Part shown: positions 39,064 to 49,348 of the stretch, piece by piece
Layout of the letters: every line of letters begins with the position of its first letter
Numbering within the stretch: position 1 is the stretch's first letter
Assembly (NCBI GenBank): GCA_035934995.1
Contig: DASYXI010000031.1
Coordinates: 2,357-66,356, forward strand
Reading direction: 5' to 3'
Source of the DNA: Stellaceae bacterium
GTDB lineage: Bacteria; Pseudomonadota; Alphaproteobacteria; ATCC43930; CGMCC-115725
DNA: 64,000 bases
Notes under the pieces: generated by a model
What the model saw: only the letters and a program-made list of their open reading frames with translations
Databases searched by the model: none
What the model was told of the DNA's origin: nothing
Program-made: the position numbers and the translations under genes

Positions 39064-39906
39064 ATGCGCATCATCGACCTGCACTGCTATCCCAATACCG
39101 AGCCCTGGATCAAATGCCAGGGCCCGTATGTCGACGCGCTGGCCAAATACTGGAAGCGTCCGTGGGCCTGGAAACAGGAGGACGAGGTGGTGCAGGAGTT
39201 CGCCGCCGCCGGCGTCGATGCCGTTCTGGTCGCGCTCGATTTGGAGACCACCGCGAAAACGCCGCCGTGCTCGAACGATTACGTCCGCGGCATGCAGCAA
39301 CGGCACAAGGATCGCATCATTCAAGCCTGGGCGGCGGTCGATCCACTTAAAGGCGCCGCCGCCATTGCCGAGGCGCAACACGCCATCCGCGACCTCAAGA
39401 TGCTGGGCTTCCATTTCCACCCGATCATGGGGCACTTCGCGGTCAACGAACGACGCTTCTATCCGCTGTGGGAAGCGATCAACGCGCTCAAGGTGCCGGT
39501 GATGATCGACGTCGGCACGACGGGCATGGGCGCCGGGATGCCTGGCGGTCTCGGCGCCAAGTTGCGCCATGCGCATCCGTCATGCATCGACGAGCTCGCC
39601 GCCGATTTTCCCGATTTGACGATCGTCGCCGCCCATCCAGGCTGGCCATGGGTCGACGAGATGACGGCGGTCGCGTTGCATAAGGGCAACGTGTTCTGGG
39701 AGCTGTCGGGCTGGGCGCCGAAATATTTCCCGGTGCAGCTCAAGACCGATGTCCGCGCGCGGTTGCAGGACAAGATCATGTTCGGCAGCGACTATCCGAG
39801 CATTCCGTATGCGCGGTTGTTCCAGGAATGGCGCGAGCTCGGCTATGGCGACGACGTCATGGAAAAAATCTTCCACCGCAACGCCGAGCGCATTCTCGGC
39901 CTCTAA
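39064..39906 (+). CDS. amidohydrolase-2 family metal-dependent hydrolase/decarboxylase
   Basis: 280-aa ORF with MRIIDLHCYP, GFHFHPIMGHF, IVAAHPGWPW and MFGSDYPS. GAGG 4-5 nt upstream, 6 nt after the ligase stop. Confidence 0.7.
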   Translation: MRIIDLHCYPNTEPWIKCQGPYVDALAKYWKRPWAWKQEDEVVQEFAAAGVDAVLVALDLETTAKTPPCSNDYVRGMQQRHKDRIIQAWAAVDPLKGAAAIAEAQHAIRDLKMLGFHFHPIMGHFAVNERRFYPLWEAINALKVPVMIDVGTTGMGAGMPGGLGAKLRHAHPSCIDELAADFPDLTIVAAHPGWPWVDEMTAVALHKGNVFWELSGWAPKYFPVQLKTDVRARLQDKIMFGSDYPSIPYARLFQEWRELGYGDDVMEKIFHRNAERILGL

Positions 39907-39920
39907 TAATTCGTGCGCGC

Positions 39921-39957
39921 AAAAAAGCAAACGCCGCGGCGTTGCCGCCGCGGCGTT
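39921..39957 (-). terminator. Rho-independent terminator of cspA (may also serve the convergent amidohydrolase gene)
   Basis: Perfect 12-bp stem AACGCCGCGGCG (39930..39941) / CGCCGCGGCGTT (39946..39957) with a 4-nt loop. On the minus strand it is followed by TGCTTTTTTG (T6 = 39921..39926). Confidence 0.8.
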
Positions 39958-39980
39958 CGGTCGAATTATCTGGGCTCGGG

Positions 39981-40187
39981 TTAGACGAGCTTCAGGTTCG
40001 CGGCCGACGTGCGGCCCTGCTGGCTCTGCTCGAGGTCGAAGCTGACCTTCTGACCCTCGTTCAGGGATCCGATGCCAGCGCGCTCGAGGGCGGAGATATG
40101 GACGAAAACGTCCTTGCCGCCGCTCTCAGGCGCGATGAAGCCGTATCCCTTTTGAGCGTTGAACCATTTGACCGTGCCAATTGCCAT
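39981..40187 (-). CDS. cspA: cold-shock protein, CspA family
   Basis: 68-aa [37 protein letters not shown] with RNP1 and RNP2 motifs. GGAGA 5 nt upstream. Confidence 0.95.
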   Translation of the reverse strand: MAIGTVKWFNAQKGYGFIAPESGGKDVFVHISALERAGIGSLNEGQKVSFDLEQSQQGRTSAANLKLV

Positions 40188-40454
40188 TCATGTCTCCATG
40201 GCGGTTACCAGTGCGCGCGATTGCGCATCCGATCGGCTGTCGAAAGGCACGGATTGGCGGGTCGGGCTCACAGTGGAGCGATCGAGCGCAGGCCGGAACC
40301 CAGCGAAGCGATGACCAGGAAACTAGGGGATCGGCTAGTGATTTTCAAGCCGGGATTACATGGATTTGCCGCAATCGCCTAACATGGCCGCAAGCGCCGG
40401 GTTCGAGGTATTCCGCGGCGCCGGCCGGCCCGCGGTCGCCGCCGCGGTGTCGCT

Positions 40455-42107
40455 ATGGCAAGATCGATCGGTGGGTGCACCGTGAACGAGACATTCGGGA
40501 ATTTCGATTACGTCATCGTCGGCGCCGGCAGCGCCGGCTGCGTCTTGGCCAATCGGCTGTCGGCCGATCCGGATGTTTCGGTGCTGCTGTTGGAAGCCGG
40601 CGGCGACGACAACTATTTCTGGATCCGCGTTCCCATCGGTTATCTCTACACGCAAAACAATCCGCGTACCGATTGGTGCTTCAAGACGGAAAACGAGGCT
40701 GGTTTGAACGGCCGCGCGCTCAATTATCCGCGCGGCCGCGTTCTCGGCGGCTGCTCTTCGATCAATGGCATGATCTACATGCGCGGCCAGGCGCGCGACT
40801 ACGACGGCTGGCGGCAACTTGGCAATCCGGGCTGGTCGTGGGACGACGTGCTGCCTTATTTCAAACGCTCGGAGGACAACGCCGCCGGCGCCGACGAATT
40901 CCACAACCAGGGTGGCGAATGGCGCGTCGAGGAAATGCGCCTGACGTGGGAAATCCTCGATGCATTCCGTGATGCAGCTGCCGAGATCGGCATTCCCAAA
41001 ATCGACGATTTCAATCGCGGCAACAACGAAGGCTGCGGCTATTTCCGTGTCAATCAACGTCGCGGCGTGCGCTGGAACACGGCGCGCGCCTTTCTGCGGC
41101 CGGCGATGAACCGGCCCAACCTCGCAATCGTCACCGGCGCGCAGGCGAGCCGCGTCCGGTTGGCTGGGCGGCGGGCCGTCGGTGTCGATTTCGTGAAGGA
41201 TGGCCGACCGCGCACGGTCGACGCGCGCGGCGAAGTGATCCTCGCTTCGGGCTCGATCGGTTCACCGCAATTGCTTCAGCTTTCAGGCATTGGGCCGAGC
41301 GCGCTGCTGCAGCAGAATGGCATTCCCGTCGTACACGAACTCGGTGGCGTTGGTGAAAACCTTCAGGACCATTTGCAGATCCGGACGATTTTCAGGGTCG
41401 CCAATACGCGGACGCTCAACGAGCGCGCCAACAGCCTCATCGGCCGCGTCGGCATGGGGCTCGAATATTTCCTGTTCAAGCGTGGGCCGCTTACCATGGC
41501 GCCGTCGCAACTCGGTTGCTTCGCCAAGAGCGACCCCTCGCGCGAGACTCCCAATCTCGAATATCACGTGCAGCCGTTGAGCCTCGATAAGTTCGGCGAT
41601 CCATGTCACGGGTTTCCGGCCTTCACCGCATCCGTGTGCAATCTGCGGCCTGACAGCCGCGGCACTGTCCGGATCAAGAGTGCCGATCCGGCCGCTCATC
41701 CGGCGATCCGTCCGAACTATCTCGCGGTCGATTCCGATCGACGCGTTGCCGCCGCCGCCATCCGATTGACGCGTCGGATCGTCGCCGCCAAGGCGCTGGC
41801 GCGTTTTACGCCCGAGGAATTTCGTCCCGGCGCGCAGCTCCAAACTGACGAGGAACTGGCGCACGCGGCCGGCGACATCGGCACGACGATTTTCCATCCG
41901 GTCGGCACCTGCAAGATGGGCGCGGATGCGGCCGCGGTGGTGGATGCGCGGCTCGCCGTGCACGGCATCGGCGGTTTGCGCGTCGCCGACGCGTCGATCA
42001 TGCCGACGATCACGTCCGGCAACACGAATTCGCCGACCATCATGATCGCCGAGAAGGCTGCCGACATGATCCGCGCGGATCGCCGTGCCACCGTCGCCGC
42101 GCAATAA
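40455..42107 (+). CDS. GMC family oxidoreductase (choline/alcohol dehydrogenase-like)
   Basis: 550-aa ORF with FDYVIVGAGSAGCVLANRLSAD, GGCSSINGMIYMRG and FHPVGTCKMG. The start could instead be GTG 40482. Confidence 0.9.
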   Translation: MARSIGGCTVNETFGNFDYVIVGAGSAGCVLANRLSADPDVSVLLLEAGGDDNYFWIRVPIGYLYTQNNPRTDWCFKTENEAGLNGRALNYPRGRVLGGCSSINGMIYMRGQARDYDGWRQLGNPGWSWDDVLPYFKRSEDNAAGADEFHNQGGEWRVEEMRLTWEILDAFRDAAAEIGIPKIDDFNRGNNEGCGYFRVNQRRGVRWNTARAFLRPAMNRPNLAIVTGAQASRVRLAGRRAVGVDFVKDGRPRTVDARGEVILASGSIGSPQLLQLSGIGPSALLQQNGIPVVHELGGVGENLQDHLQIRTIFRVANTRTLNERANSLIGRVGMGLEYFLFKRGPLTMAPSQLGCFAKSDPSRETPNLEYHVQPLSLDKFGDPCHGFPAFTASVCNLRPDSRGTVRIKSADPAAHPAIRPNYLAVDSDRRVAAAAIRLTRRIVAAKALARFTPEEFRPGAQLQTDEELAHAAGDIGTTIFHPVGTCKMGADAAAVVDARLAVHGIGGLRVADASIMPTITSGNTNSPTIMIAEKAADMIRADRRATVAAQ

Positions 42108-42170
42108 ACAGCCGGACGAAGATTCCGCTGGAGGCGGATGAGGGCCTGTTTATACTTGGCGGCGCTTCGC

Positions 42171-43124
42171 ATGACTCTTCTCAATGAATCCCGCACTTCG
42201 GCGCCGTCGGCGATCAGCACGCTGCAACGCCGCCTCGATGAAGGCCGCTTCTGCGTCACCGCCGAAGTCACGCCGCCGCTCGCTGCCGATCCCACCGATT
42301 TCATCGCGCGCGCCTTGCCGCTGAAAGGCGTGGCCGCGGCGGTCAACGTCACCGACGGCGCCGGCGCGAAATCGCACATGGCCAGCATGGCCGCGGCGCA
42401 TTTCCTGGTGCAGAGCGGGATTGAGCCGATCCTGCAAATGACCTGCCGCGACCGCAACCGCATCGCGTTGCAGAGCGATCTATTGGGTGCCGTCGCGCTC
42501 GGCGTTCGTAACGTGCTCATCCTCGGCGGCGACGATCCGAAAGCCGGTGATCAGCCCGACGCCAAGGCGGTGTTCGATCTCGACAGCCGCACCTTGCTGG
42601 CGACCGCGCAAAAGATGCGGCGCGAGCATAAGTTGCTGCCCGGCACCGAAATCAAAGGCGGGTTCGATCTCTTCCTCGGCGCTGCCGACCTGCCGGCCGA
42701 TCCGCCGCCGGATTGGGACGCCAAAGGCCTCAAAGGCAAGGCGGATTCCGGCGCCGATTTCATCCAGACCCAGTTCTGCATGGATATCGGCGTGGTCCGG
42801 CGCTACGCCGCACGGCTGGTCGAGCTCGGTCTCGCGCCGCGGCTCAAAATCCTGATCGGCATCGCGCCGATCCCATCGGTGCGTTCGGCGCGTTGGATGA
42901 AAGAGAAGCTCTTCGGCACGATCATTCCCGATGCCGTCGTCGAGCGCATCGAGAAGGCGGCGGACGCGCGCGCCGAGGGCAAGCGCATTTGCGTCGAGTT
43001 GTTGCAGCAGCTGGCCGAGGTTCCGGGCATTGCCGGCGCGCACGTGATGGCGCCGCTCAATCCGTCCGACATCCCGGAAGTGATCGCCGCGTCGGGCGTG
43101 ACGGCGAAGCAGCGCGCGCTCTAG
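42171..43124 (+). CDS. methylenetetrahydrofolate reductase family protein
   Basis: The ORF track starts at 42138; ATG 42171 gives MTLLNESRTS. Block VNVTDGAGAKSHMASMAAAHFLVQSGIEPILQMTCRDRNRIALQSDLLGA is typical of the MTHFR TIM barrel. Confidence 0.75.
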   Translation: MTLLNESRTSAPSAISTLQRRLDEGRFCVTAEVTPPLAADPTDFIARALPLKGVAAAVNVTDGAGAKSHMASMAAAHFLVQSGIEPILQMTCRDRNRIALQSDLLGAVALGVRNVLILGGDDPKAGDQPDAKAVFDLDSRTLLATAQKMRREHKLLPGTEIKGGFDLFLGAADLPADPPPDWDAKGLKGKADSGADFIQTQFCMDIGVVRRYAARLVELGLAPRLKILIGIAPIPSVRSARWMKEKLFGTIIPDAVVERIEKAADARAEGKRICVELLQQLAEVPGIAGAHVMAPLNPSDIPEVIAASGVTAKQRAL

Positions 43125-43145
43125 TCGCGCGGCTGCGTGGCCGAT

Positions 43146-44063
43146 TCAGGCCATCCGGTTGGTGAGTGCACCGCAGCCTTCGATCTCGATCTTCACGACG
43201 TCGCCTTTCTTCAGGAACTCGCCGCGCGGCATGCCGACGCCGGCTGGCGTTCCGGTGGCGATCACGTCGCCCGGCCGCAACGTCAGCTGTTCGCTGAGCC
43301 ATGACACCTGCTCGGCGATATTGTGGATGAGCTGGTTGGTGTTGGAATTCTGCTTGAGAACGCCGTTGACCCACAGCTTGACCGACAGGTTACCGGCATC
43401 TTTGACGAAGGCGGCCGGCGTGATCCATGGGCCCATCGGCGCGGCATCGTCGAAGCATTTCTGCCCGATCCAGTCGTAAGCCATCACCGGCGGCCGGTCC
43501 TTGCGCACCATCAGGTCGCGCGCCGATAGATCGTTGACGATGGTATAGCCGGCGATCGCATCGCGGGCGCGGTCGACCGGCAGATTGCGCGCCACCTTGC
43601 CGATGACGACGCCGAGCTCGGCTTCCCAATCGACCTGGTGCGATCGTGCCGGCAGTTTCGCCGGCGCGTCGGGACCGATGATCGAATGCAGCGATGTCTT
43701 GAGGAAGAACCACGGTCCGTCGGGCCGGCTCGACCGGTCGATGGTTCGGCCCTGAGCGCGCGCCATTTCTTCCATATGGTCCCAGTAATTGGCGCCGGCG
43801 CAGAACAAGCCGTCGGGATAGAGCACAGGCGCCAGCAGTTTGACGCGCTTCAGCGGCTTACCGTTCGTCGGCCGGACCTTGCCGGCGGCCTTGGCAAGCG
43901 CGCGATGCGTCTTGGGCCAGGTGCCGAGCAGCGCTTTGACCGACGATGCGTCGACGCCGGCGCCGCGCAACAGCGCCGCCGCCGGATAGACCCGATCGCC
44001 GACGAGAACGCCCACGGTCGGCTTGTTGCCGTCGCGGTAGGTCAAAAGCCGATACTCCGCCAC
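43146..44063 (-). CDS. fumarylacetoacetate hydrolase (FAH) family protein
   Basis: The ORF track extends to 44312 with an Arg-rich N-terminus overlapping coq7. GTG 44063 with GGGAGA upstream gives VAEYRLLTYRDG. Block HQVDWEAELGVVIGK...IAGYTIVNDLSARD. Confidence 0.85.
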   Translation of the reverse strand: MAEYRLLTYRDGNKPTVGVLVGDRVYPAAALLRGAGVDASSVKALLGTWPKTHRALAKAAGKVRPTNGKPLKRVKLLAPVLYPDGLFCAGANYWDHMEEMARAQGRTIDRSSRPDGPWFFLKTSLHSIIGPDAPAKLPARSHQVDWEAELGVVIGKVARNLPVDRARDAIAGYTIVNDLSARDLMVRKDRPPVMAYDWIGQKCFDDAAPMGPWITPAAFVKDAGNLSVKLWVNGVLKQNSNTNQLIHNIAEQVSWLSEQLTLRPGDVIATGTPAGVGMPRGEFLKKGDVVKIEIEGCGALTNRMA

Positions 44064-44077
44064 GCGCGTCTCCCGCC

Positions 44078-44653
44078 TTAAATTCGCGTCGATAGCCAGA
44101 TCGCAAGCCGCGACCCCGCTTTGATCGCCGCCGAGAGCACGGGATAGCCCGGCGTTTCGGCGGCACCATGCTTGAGCGCCGTGTCGCGGTGCTCGATTTC
44201 GTCGGCGCGAAAATCCGCGACGATCGCCGCAAGGCCGGTGTCGGCATCGCCGAGCGCTTCGAGCTGATGGCGATAATGTTCGTCGATGACTTCCTCGACG
44301 GCGACGGTGCAAGCCATCGCTGCGCGTTCACCCATGAGCGCCGTCGCGGCGCCAAGCGCGTAACCGGCGAAGTGCCAGAGCGGTGACAACACCGTCGGCC
44401 GCACGCGCCTTTCCGCAATCAATGTATCGAAACGTTCGAGGTGCCGCTTTTCCTGTGCCGCCATCCGGCGCACGACCGTGGCCGCAGGCGAATCCTTGAG
44501 CACCGCAAGCTGCCCGTCGTAAATCCGGGCGGCGCCATATTCGCCCGCGTGATCGACCCGGATCATGCGCGCGACGGCGTCGGCGCCGGCACGATCGCCC
44601 GGCAACCGCGCCACGGCCTTGCGCGCGGACGCCTTGGCACGCCGCCGGCTCAT
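44078..44653 (-). CDS. coq7: demethoxyubiquinone hydroxylase (Coq7 family, diiron)
   Basis: The ORF track extends to 45046 across dsbB. ATG 44653 overlaps the dsbB stop as ATGA. Blocks RVDHAGEYGAARIY, QEKRHLERF and DEIEHRDTA. Confidence 0.85.
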   Translation of the reverse strand: MSRRRAKASARKAVARLPGDRAGADAVARMIRVDHAGEYGAARIYDGQLAVLKDSPAATVVRRMAAQEKRHLERFDTLIAERRVRPTVLSPLWHFAGYALGAATALMGERAAMACTVAVEEVIDEHYRHQLEALGDADTGLAAIVADFRADEIEHRDTALKHGAAETPGYPVLSAAIKAGSRLAIWLSTRI

Positions 44654-45126
44654 GCGCGGTGCCGCCATGCGGAGAACGCGAACACGGCGATGAGCGCCGA
44701 AGCGATGAAATTCCAGCCGGCGAGCGAGATGCCGCCAAGCGACCACTGCACTTGATCGCACATCACGGCCTGCGTGTGCGCCAGCATCTGCTTCAACTGC
44801 TCCAAGGTCTGCGGTACGCCGCCGTTGTTGGTGCAAGCGGTCGGACCGCGGAACCAATGGTATTCGACGCCGACATGATAAAAGCCCAGACCGGCGCTGA
44901 CCACGAACACCGCGGCAAGCAACAGCAAGGCCGCGCGTGACCAGCCGGCTGCGGGAAAGGCCAGAGCCAAAACGGCAATCGCGATGGCCGCGTAATAAGG
45001 CCAGCGTTCCATCAGGCACAGCTCGCAAGGCTGCAAGCCGCCCCAATATTGCGAAACCAGCGCCGCACCGATCACGGCCAGCGCGGCGACGAGGATAATG
45101 ATCAAGGGTTGGCGCACCGATTTCAT
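44650..45126 (-). CDS. dsbB: disulfide bond formation protein B family
   Basis: ATG 45126 gives MKSVRQPLIIILVAALAVIG. Four TM segments, CELC (CxxC) in the first periplasmic loop and a second Cys pair (PTAC...VMCD). Confidence 0.8.
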   Translation of the reverse strand: MKSVRQPLIIILVAALAVIGAALVSQYWGGLQPCELCLMERWPYYAAIAIAVLALAFPAAGWSRAALLLLAAVFVVSAGLGFYHVGVEYHWFRGPTACTNNGGVPQTLEQLKQMLAHTQAVMCDQVQWSLGGISLAGWNFIASALIAVFAFSAWRHRA

Positions 45127-45143
45127 GGTGTTTCCGGCGTGGC

Positions 45144-45779
45144 TTAATCGTTGGGCCGCAGGCGATGTTTTAGATGCCACCAGATATACCAGGCGACGCC
45201 GACGATGATGAGACCAACAACGACGATGTCGAAACGCTGCATGACGGCGCGCAGACGCGGATCGTGGTCCCATTGTTCGCCGAGTTTGTAGCCGACATAG
45301 GCAAGCGCGAAACACCACGGCCACGAGCCGATGAAGGTATAAATCTGGAATTTGATCTGCGGCATGCCGGCGACACCGGCCGGCAGCGCGATGAACGTGC
45401 GCACCACCGGCAGCAGCCGGCCGATGAGAACCGTGATGCTGCCGTAGCGCGCGAAAAAATCATGCGCCCAGTCGAGTTCGCGCCGGCCCATCAGCAGGTA
45501 GCCGCCCCAACGCTCGATGAACGGGCGGCCGCCGTAATGGCCGATCGCATAGGCGATGGTTGAACCCAGATTGCAGCCGAACGCGCCGGCGGTTGCCACC
45601 AGGATCAGGTCGAACCGGCCGGTGAACACCAGGTAGCCGGAAAACGGCATGATGATCTCGGACGGCAGTGGAATGCAGGCGGACTCAATCGCCATCAGGA
45701 CGACAACGCCGCCATAGCCGAGGCTCGAAATCGTCGCGACGATGAATCCGGCAAGCGACGGGACGATCTTGGCGAGCAT
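45144..45779 (-). CDS. DedA family membrane protein
   Basis: ATG 45779 gives MLAKIVPSLAGF. DedA block VVLMAIESACIPLPSEIIMPFSGYLV. Confidence 0.85.
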   Translation of the reverse strand: MLAKIVPSLAGFIVATISSLGYGGVVVLMAIESACIPLPSEIIMPFSGYLVFTGRFDLILVATAGAFGCNLGSTIAYAIGHYGGRPFIERWGGYLLMGRRELDWAHDFFARYGSITVLIGRLLPVVRTFIALPAGVAGMPQIKFQIYTFIGSWPWCFALAYVGYKLGEQWDHDPRLRAVMQRFDIVVVGLIIVGVAWYIWWHLKHRLRPND

Positions 45780-45901
45780 GGTCTGGTTTCGGTCTCGAAT
45801 GGCGTCGTCGTGGGAGCCGCGATCTAGCCGCATCCGCGTCGTCGCCGCAAGCGCGAAGCCGGATTGACCGCGCGCGACCCCCCGCTATAGTGGCCGCCGT
45901 T

Positions 45902-45988
45902 GCCCCTGTGGCGGAATTGGTAGACGCGGCAGACTCAAAATCTGTTGCTCGCAAGGGCGTGCTGGTTCGAGTCCGGCCAGGGGCACCA
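45902..45988 (+). tRNA. tRNA-Leu(CAA), type II with long variable arm, CCA encoded
   Basis: Folded by hand: acceptor GCCCCTG/CAGGGGC, D arm GCG-GAATTGGTAGA-CGC, anticodon stem GCAGA/TCTGT with loop CTCAAAA (anticodon CAA), variable arm TGCTCGCAAGGGCGT, T arm GCTGG-TTCGAGT-CCGGC, discriminator A, CCA. Confidence 0.95.
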
Positions 45989-46013
45989 GTGAATTCAAAG
46001 GGGGTCAAGCACC

Positions 46014-46268
46014 ATGCATGGCAGTGGAATCCTCGTCTCATTGCTCGTCGGGTTGGTCGCCGGCTGGCTCGCCGGCCAGATCGTGCGCGGCCGCGGTTTC
46101 GGGTTGATCGGCGATCTGGTGGTCGGTGTCATCGGCGCCGTCATCGGCAATTGGATCTTCGCCACACTCGGCATCTTCATCGGCATGGGTCTGATTGGCG
46201 ACGTCATCAGCGCCACCATCGGCGCAGTGATCCTGGTCGCGATCGTCCGGCTGGTGCGGCGCGTCTAG
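46014..46268 (+). CDS. GlsB/YeaQ/YmgE family stress-response membrane protein
   Basis: 84-aa ORF with GILVSLLVGLVAGWLAGQIVRGRGFGLIGDLVVGVIGAVIG, the family hallmark. Confidence 0.85.
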   Translation: MHGSGILVSLLVGLVAGWLAGQIVRGRGFGLIGDLVVGVIGAVIGNWIFATLGIFIGMGLIGDVISATIGAVILVAIVRLVRRV

Positions 46269-46295
46269 CGGCGCGGGGCCGCACGCCGACGCGGC

Positions 46296-49076
46296 TCATC
46301 CGCTGTTGCGCAGCCCGGTGGCGATCCCGTTGATCGTGCGGTGGATGTCGCGCACGGTATCTTCATCGGTGTCGCCGGCGCGATGGCGCTTGAGCAGCTC
46401 GATCTGCACGTGATTGAGCGGGTCGAGATAGGGAAAACGGTTGCGGATCGAGCGGCTGAGCAGCGGATTGCTTTCGAGCAGCGACTTCTGCTCCATGATG
46501 TCGAGCAATGCCGCGACCGTCGCTTGCCATTCGCCGCGCAGCTTCGCGAAGATGGTCTCACCGAGCGCCGTGTCGGTCACCAGGCCGGCATAGCGCTCGG
46601 CAATCGCGATATCGCTTTTGGCCAGAACCATGTCCATGTTGGACAGCAGCGCGGCGAAGAACGGCCATTCGCGATACATCGTCCGCAGCGTCGCCATGCC
46701 GTCCGCCGGGTGCTCGGCAAGCCATGCGCGCACCGCCGAGCCGAAGCCGTACCAGCCCGGCAGCATGAGGCGGCATTGCGCCCAGCTGAAAACCCAGGGG
46801 ATCGCGCGCAAATCGGCGATACGGCGCGATGGACGGCGCGACGCCGGTCGGCTGCCCAGGTTGAGATGGACGATCTCGCCGATGACCGTCGCTTCCCAAA
46901 AATAATCCTCGAAGCCCGGCGTCTCGTAAACCAGGCCGCGATAGGCGCGATAGGCCGATACCGATAATTTCTCCATCGCGGCGATGAAAGCCGGCGGCGG
47001 CGGCGCGGCGGTTGATAGCAAGCTCGCCTCGATGGTTGCGGCGGCGAGCGCCTCGAGGTTGCGACGGCCGACCTCGGGATTGGAATATTTCGCGGCGATG
47101 ACTTCGCCTTGTTCCGTGATGCGAATGGCGCCGTCCACCGCGCCGGATGGCTGCGCCAGGATCGCCTGGTAGCTGGGGCCGCCACCGCGGCCGACGGTGC
47201 CGCCGCGGCCGTGGAACAGCCGCAGGCGCACACGGTGACGGTGGCATGATTCGACCAGCGCGGTTTCGGCCTTCCAAAGCTCCCAGCCGGAAGTGAGGTA
47301 GCCGCCGTCCTTGTTGCTGTCGGAATAGCCGAGCATGACCTCTTGCACGCCGCCACAGCTGTCAATGAGGCGTCGATAAATCGGCAGCGCCAAAACGCGA
47401 TCGACGATTTGGCCGCACCGGCGCAGATCGTCGATGGTTTCGAACAGCGGCACGATGTCGAGGTCGATCTCGTGCGGCTGCGGCCGATAGAGGCCGACTT
47501 CGCGCAGCAGCAGAACGACCTCGAGAACGTCCGAAACGCCGTTCGCCATGGAGATGACGTAGTTGGCGATCGCGCCCTTGCCGTAGCGCCGTTGCGCCTC
47601 GGCCGCCGCGCGCAAGACGCCGAGCTCGGAAGCAGTTTCCTCGGAATACGCAACCGAAGGCGATACCAGCGGTCGCGCGGTCGCGAGCTCGGCGGTCAAT
47701 ACGGCGATCCTTTCGTCCTCGTCGAGGCCGCGGTAACCGGTTCCCGGCGCAGCGGCTTCGAGCAGCTCGGCGACGACGCGTTCGTGCACGTTGGCATTCT
47801 GGCGCAGATCGAGCGCCGCAAGATGGAACCCGAATACGTCAAGCGCGCGCCGCAGATCGCGCAGTCGGCCGCGTGCCAGCATCGCCGAGCCGTTGGCGAC
47901 CAGCGATTCGTGGATCACACCGAGATCGGCGGCGAACTCGCCGGCATTGCCATAAGGCGCGGCCTCGCCGACCGGAACGCGATGCACTTCGGCGTCGTTG
48001 AGCGTCCGGGCGGTCGCGGCGACGCGCGCGTAGATCCCCGAAATGGCGCGGCGATAAGGCTCGCTGGCGCGATGCGCCGAATGGTCGGGCGAACGCGCGG
48101 CGAGCCGTTCCAGCTCGGCCGTCGTGTGGACCAAGAGAGAGTGCAGCGACAACTCCCGGCCAAGCGCGTGCAACTCGTCGAGATAGAATCCCAACGCCCG
48201 GTCGCTCTGCATCAGAACGGCCTGGCGCAGCACGTCGGCCGTGACGAACGGATTGCCGTCACGGTCGCCGCCGATCCAGCTGCCCATCCGCAGGAACGAC
48301 GGCAACGGTCCTGAAATCGCCTCGGCGAGCTGGTCCTCGAACGTCGCATAGAGGCGCGGCAGCTCGTGCAGGAAGGTGTAATCGTAGTAGGCGATGCCGT
48401 TGGCGACTTCGTCGATCGCTGCCAACCGGCTGCGGCGCAGCAGCGCCGTCTGCCATAGGGTGAGCACGGCCCGACGCAGCGCTTCTTCGTTGACGGCCAA
48501 TTCCTCGGGCGTGAGCGCGACGCGATCGCGCTCGTCGAGCAGCGTGGCGATCTCCCGCTCGCGGTCGAGCGTGCTGCGGCGCCGCACCTCGGTCGGATGC
48601 GCGGTGAGCACCGGGCAGATTAGCGCCCGCTCGAAGAACGCGCGCAAAACCGCTGGCGAACGGTCGGAATCGCGCACGATGGCAACAGCGCGCGCGACCG
48701 TACCTTGGCGCGGCGCCGAAGCGACCATCGCGTGCGCGCGTGTCCGCCGGATATGGTGCTGATCCTCGGCGAGATTGGCGAGATGCGAGAAATAGGTGAA
48801 CGAGCGGATCACGCGCGTGGTCTCGTCGCGGGTGAGTCGGTTCAAGGTCGTTTCAAGCTCGCCGCGGGCGGCTTCGTCCGCGTCGCGATGAAAACGGATC
48901 GATGAACGCCGGATGCGCTCGACGATCTCGAAAATCGCTTCGCCCTCCTGAGCGCGCAGCGTTTCGCCAAGAATCCGGCCCAAGAGCCGGATATCGTTGC
49001 GCAGCGGCAAATCCTTGTCGGGAATCTCGACAATGCCCGGCGATTCGCCTGGTGTCGTCGATGTTCTTACGACCAT
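46296..49076 (-). CDS. ppc: phosphoenolpyruvate carboxylase
   Basis: 926-aa ORF with [13 protein letters not shown] and C-terminal [12 protein letters not shown] signatures. Confidence 0.95.
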   Translation of the reverse strand: MVVRTSTTPGESPGIVEIPDKDLPLRNDIRLLGRILGETLRAQEGEAIFEIVERIRRSSIRFHRDADEAARGELETTLNRLTRDETTRVIRSFTYFSHLANLAEDQHHIRRTRAHAMVASAPRQGTVARAVAIVRDSDRSPAVLRAFFERALICPVLTAHPTEVRRRSTLDREREIATLLDERDRVALTPEELAVNEEALRRAVLTLWQTALLRRSRLAAIDEVANGIAYYDYTFLHELPRLYATFEDQLAEAISGPLPSFLRMGSWIGGDRDGNPFVTADVLRQAVLMQSDRALGFYLDELHALGRELSLHSLLVHTTAELERLAARSPDHSAHRASEPYRRAISGIYARVAATARTLNDAEVHRVPVGEAAPYGNAGEFAADLGVIHESLVANGSAMLARGRLRDLRRALDVFGFHLAALDLRQNANVHERVVAELLEAAAPGTGYRGLDEDERIAVLTAELATARPLVSPSVAYSEETASELGVLRAAAEAQRRYGKGAIANYVISMANGVSDVLEVVLLLREVGLYRPQPHEIDLDIVPLFETIDDLRRCGQIVDRVLALPIYRRLIDSCGGVQEVMLGYSDSNKDGGYLTSGWELWKAETALVESCHRHRVRLRLFHGRGGTVGRGGGPSYQAILAQPSGAVDGAIRITEQGEVIAAKYSNPEVGRRNLEALAAATIEASLLSTAAPPPPAFIAAMEKLSVSAYRAYRGLVYETPGFEDYFWEATVIGEIVHLNLGSRPASRRPSRRIADLRAIPWVFSWAQCRLMLPGWYGFGSAVRAWLAEHPADGMATLRTMYREWPFFAALLSNMDMVLAKSDIAIAERYAGLVTDTALGETIFAKLRGEWQATVAALLDIMEQKSLLESNPLLSRSIRNRFPYLDPLNHVQIELLKRHRAGDTDEDTVRDIHRTINGIATGLRNSG

Positions 49077-49277
49077 CGCTCAGCAGGCCCCGTCTATGCG
49101 ACGCGCCCGCGCATGTCGCGGCGCGTTACACGCACCGGTTGCTTTCAGGCCGCTTTGGGTTGCCATCGCCGGTTATTTCGGTTGAGCCGCAAGTCGGATG
49201 CCGATATTTACCCGAACATCGATGCGATTGTCTCACGCTTCATTGCCGCATGATGCACCAATCTGCCCGAACCCAAA

Positions 49278-49296
49278 CCCGGACCGCAGGGCCGGG
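49278..49296 (-). terminator. possible terminator after the Rieske oxygenase operon
   Basis: Minus strand: CCCGGCCCTGCGGTCCGGG (5+2 bp stem) followed by TTTGGGTT. About 55 nt downstream of the stop at 49349. Confidence 0.3.
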
Positions 49297-49348
49297 TATT
49301 GACGTCGACGGTGATGCTCGAGTGCGAGCGCGTTAGCGCATAACGCCG

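Noticed and set aside
44654-45046. 322-aa version of the Coq7 ORF and 388-aa version of the FAH ORF (to 44312)
   Set aside because: The N-terminal extensions are Arg-rich and overlap the upstream genes out of frame. The internal starts (ATGA coupling at 44653; GTG 44063 with GGGAGA) fit the family lengths.
45902-46300. tRNA-Leu as an integration site for a genomic island
   Set aside because: No integrase gene and no repeat of the tRNA 3' end noticed downstream. The flanking genes (dedA, yeaQ-like, ppc) are housekeeping.
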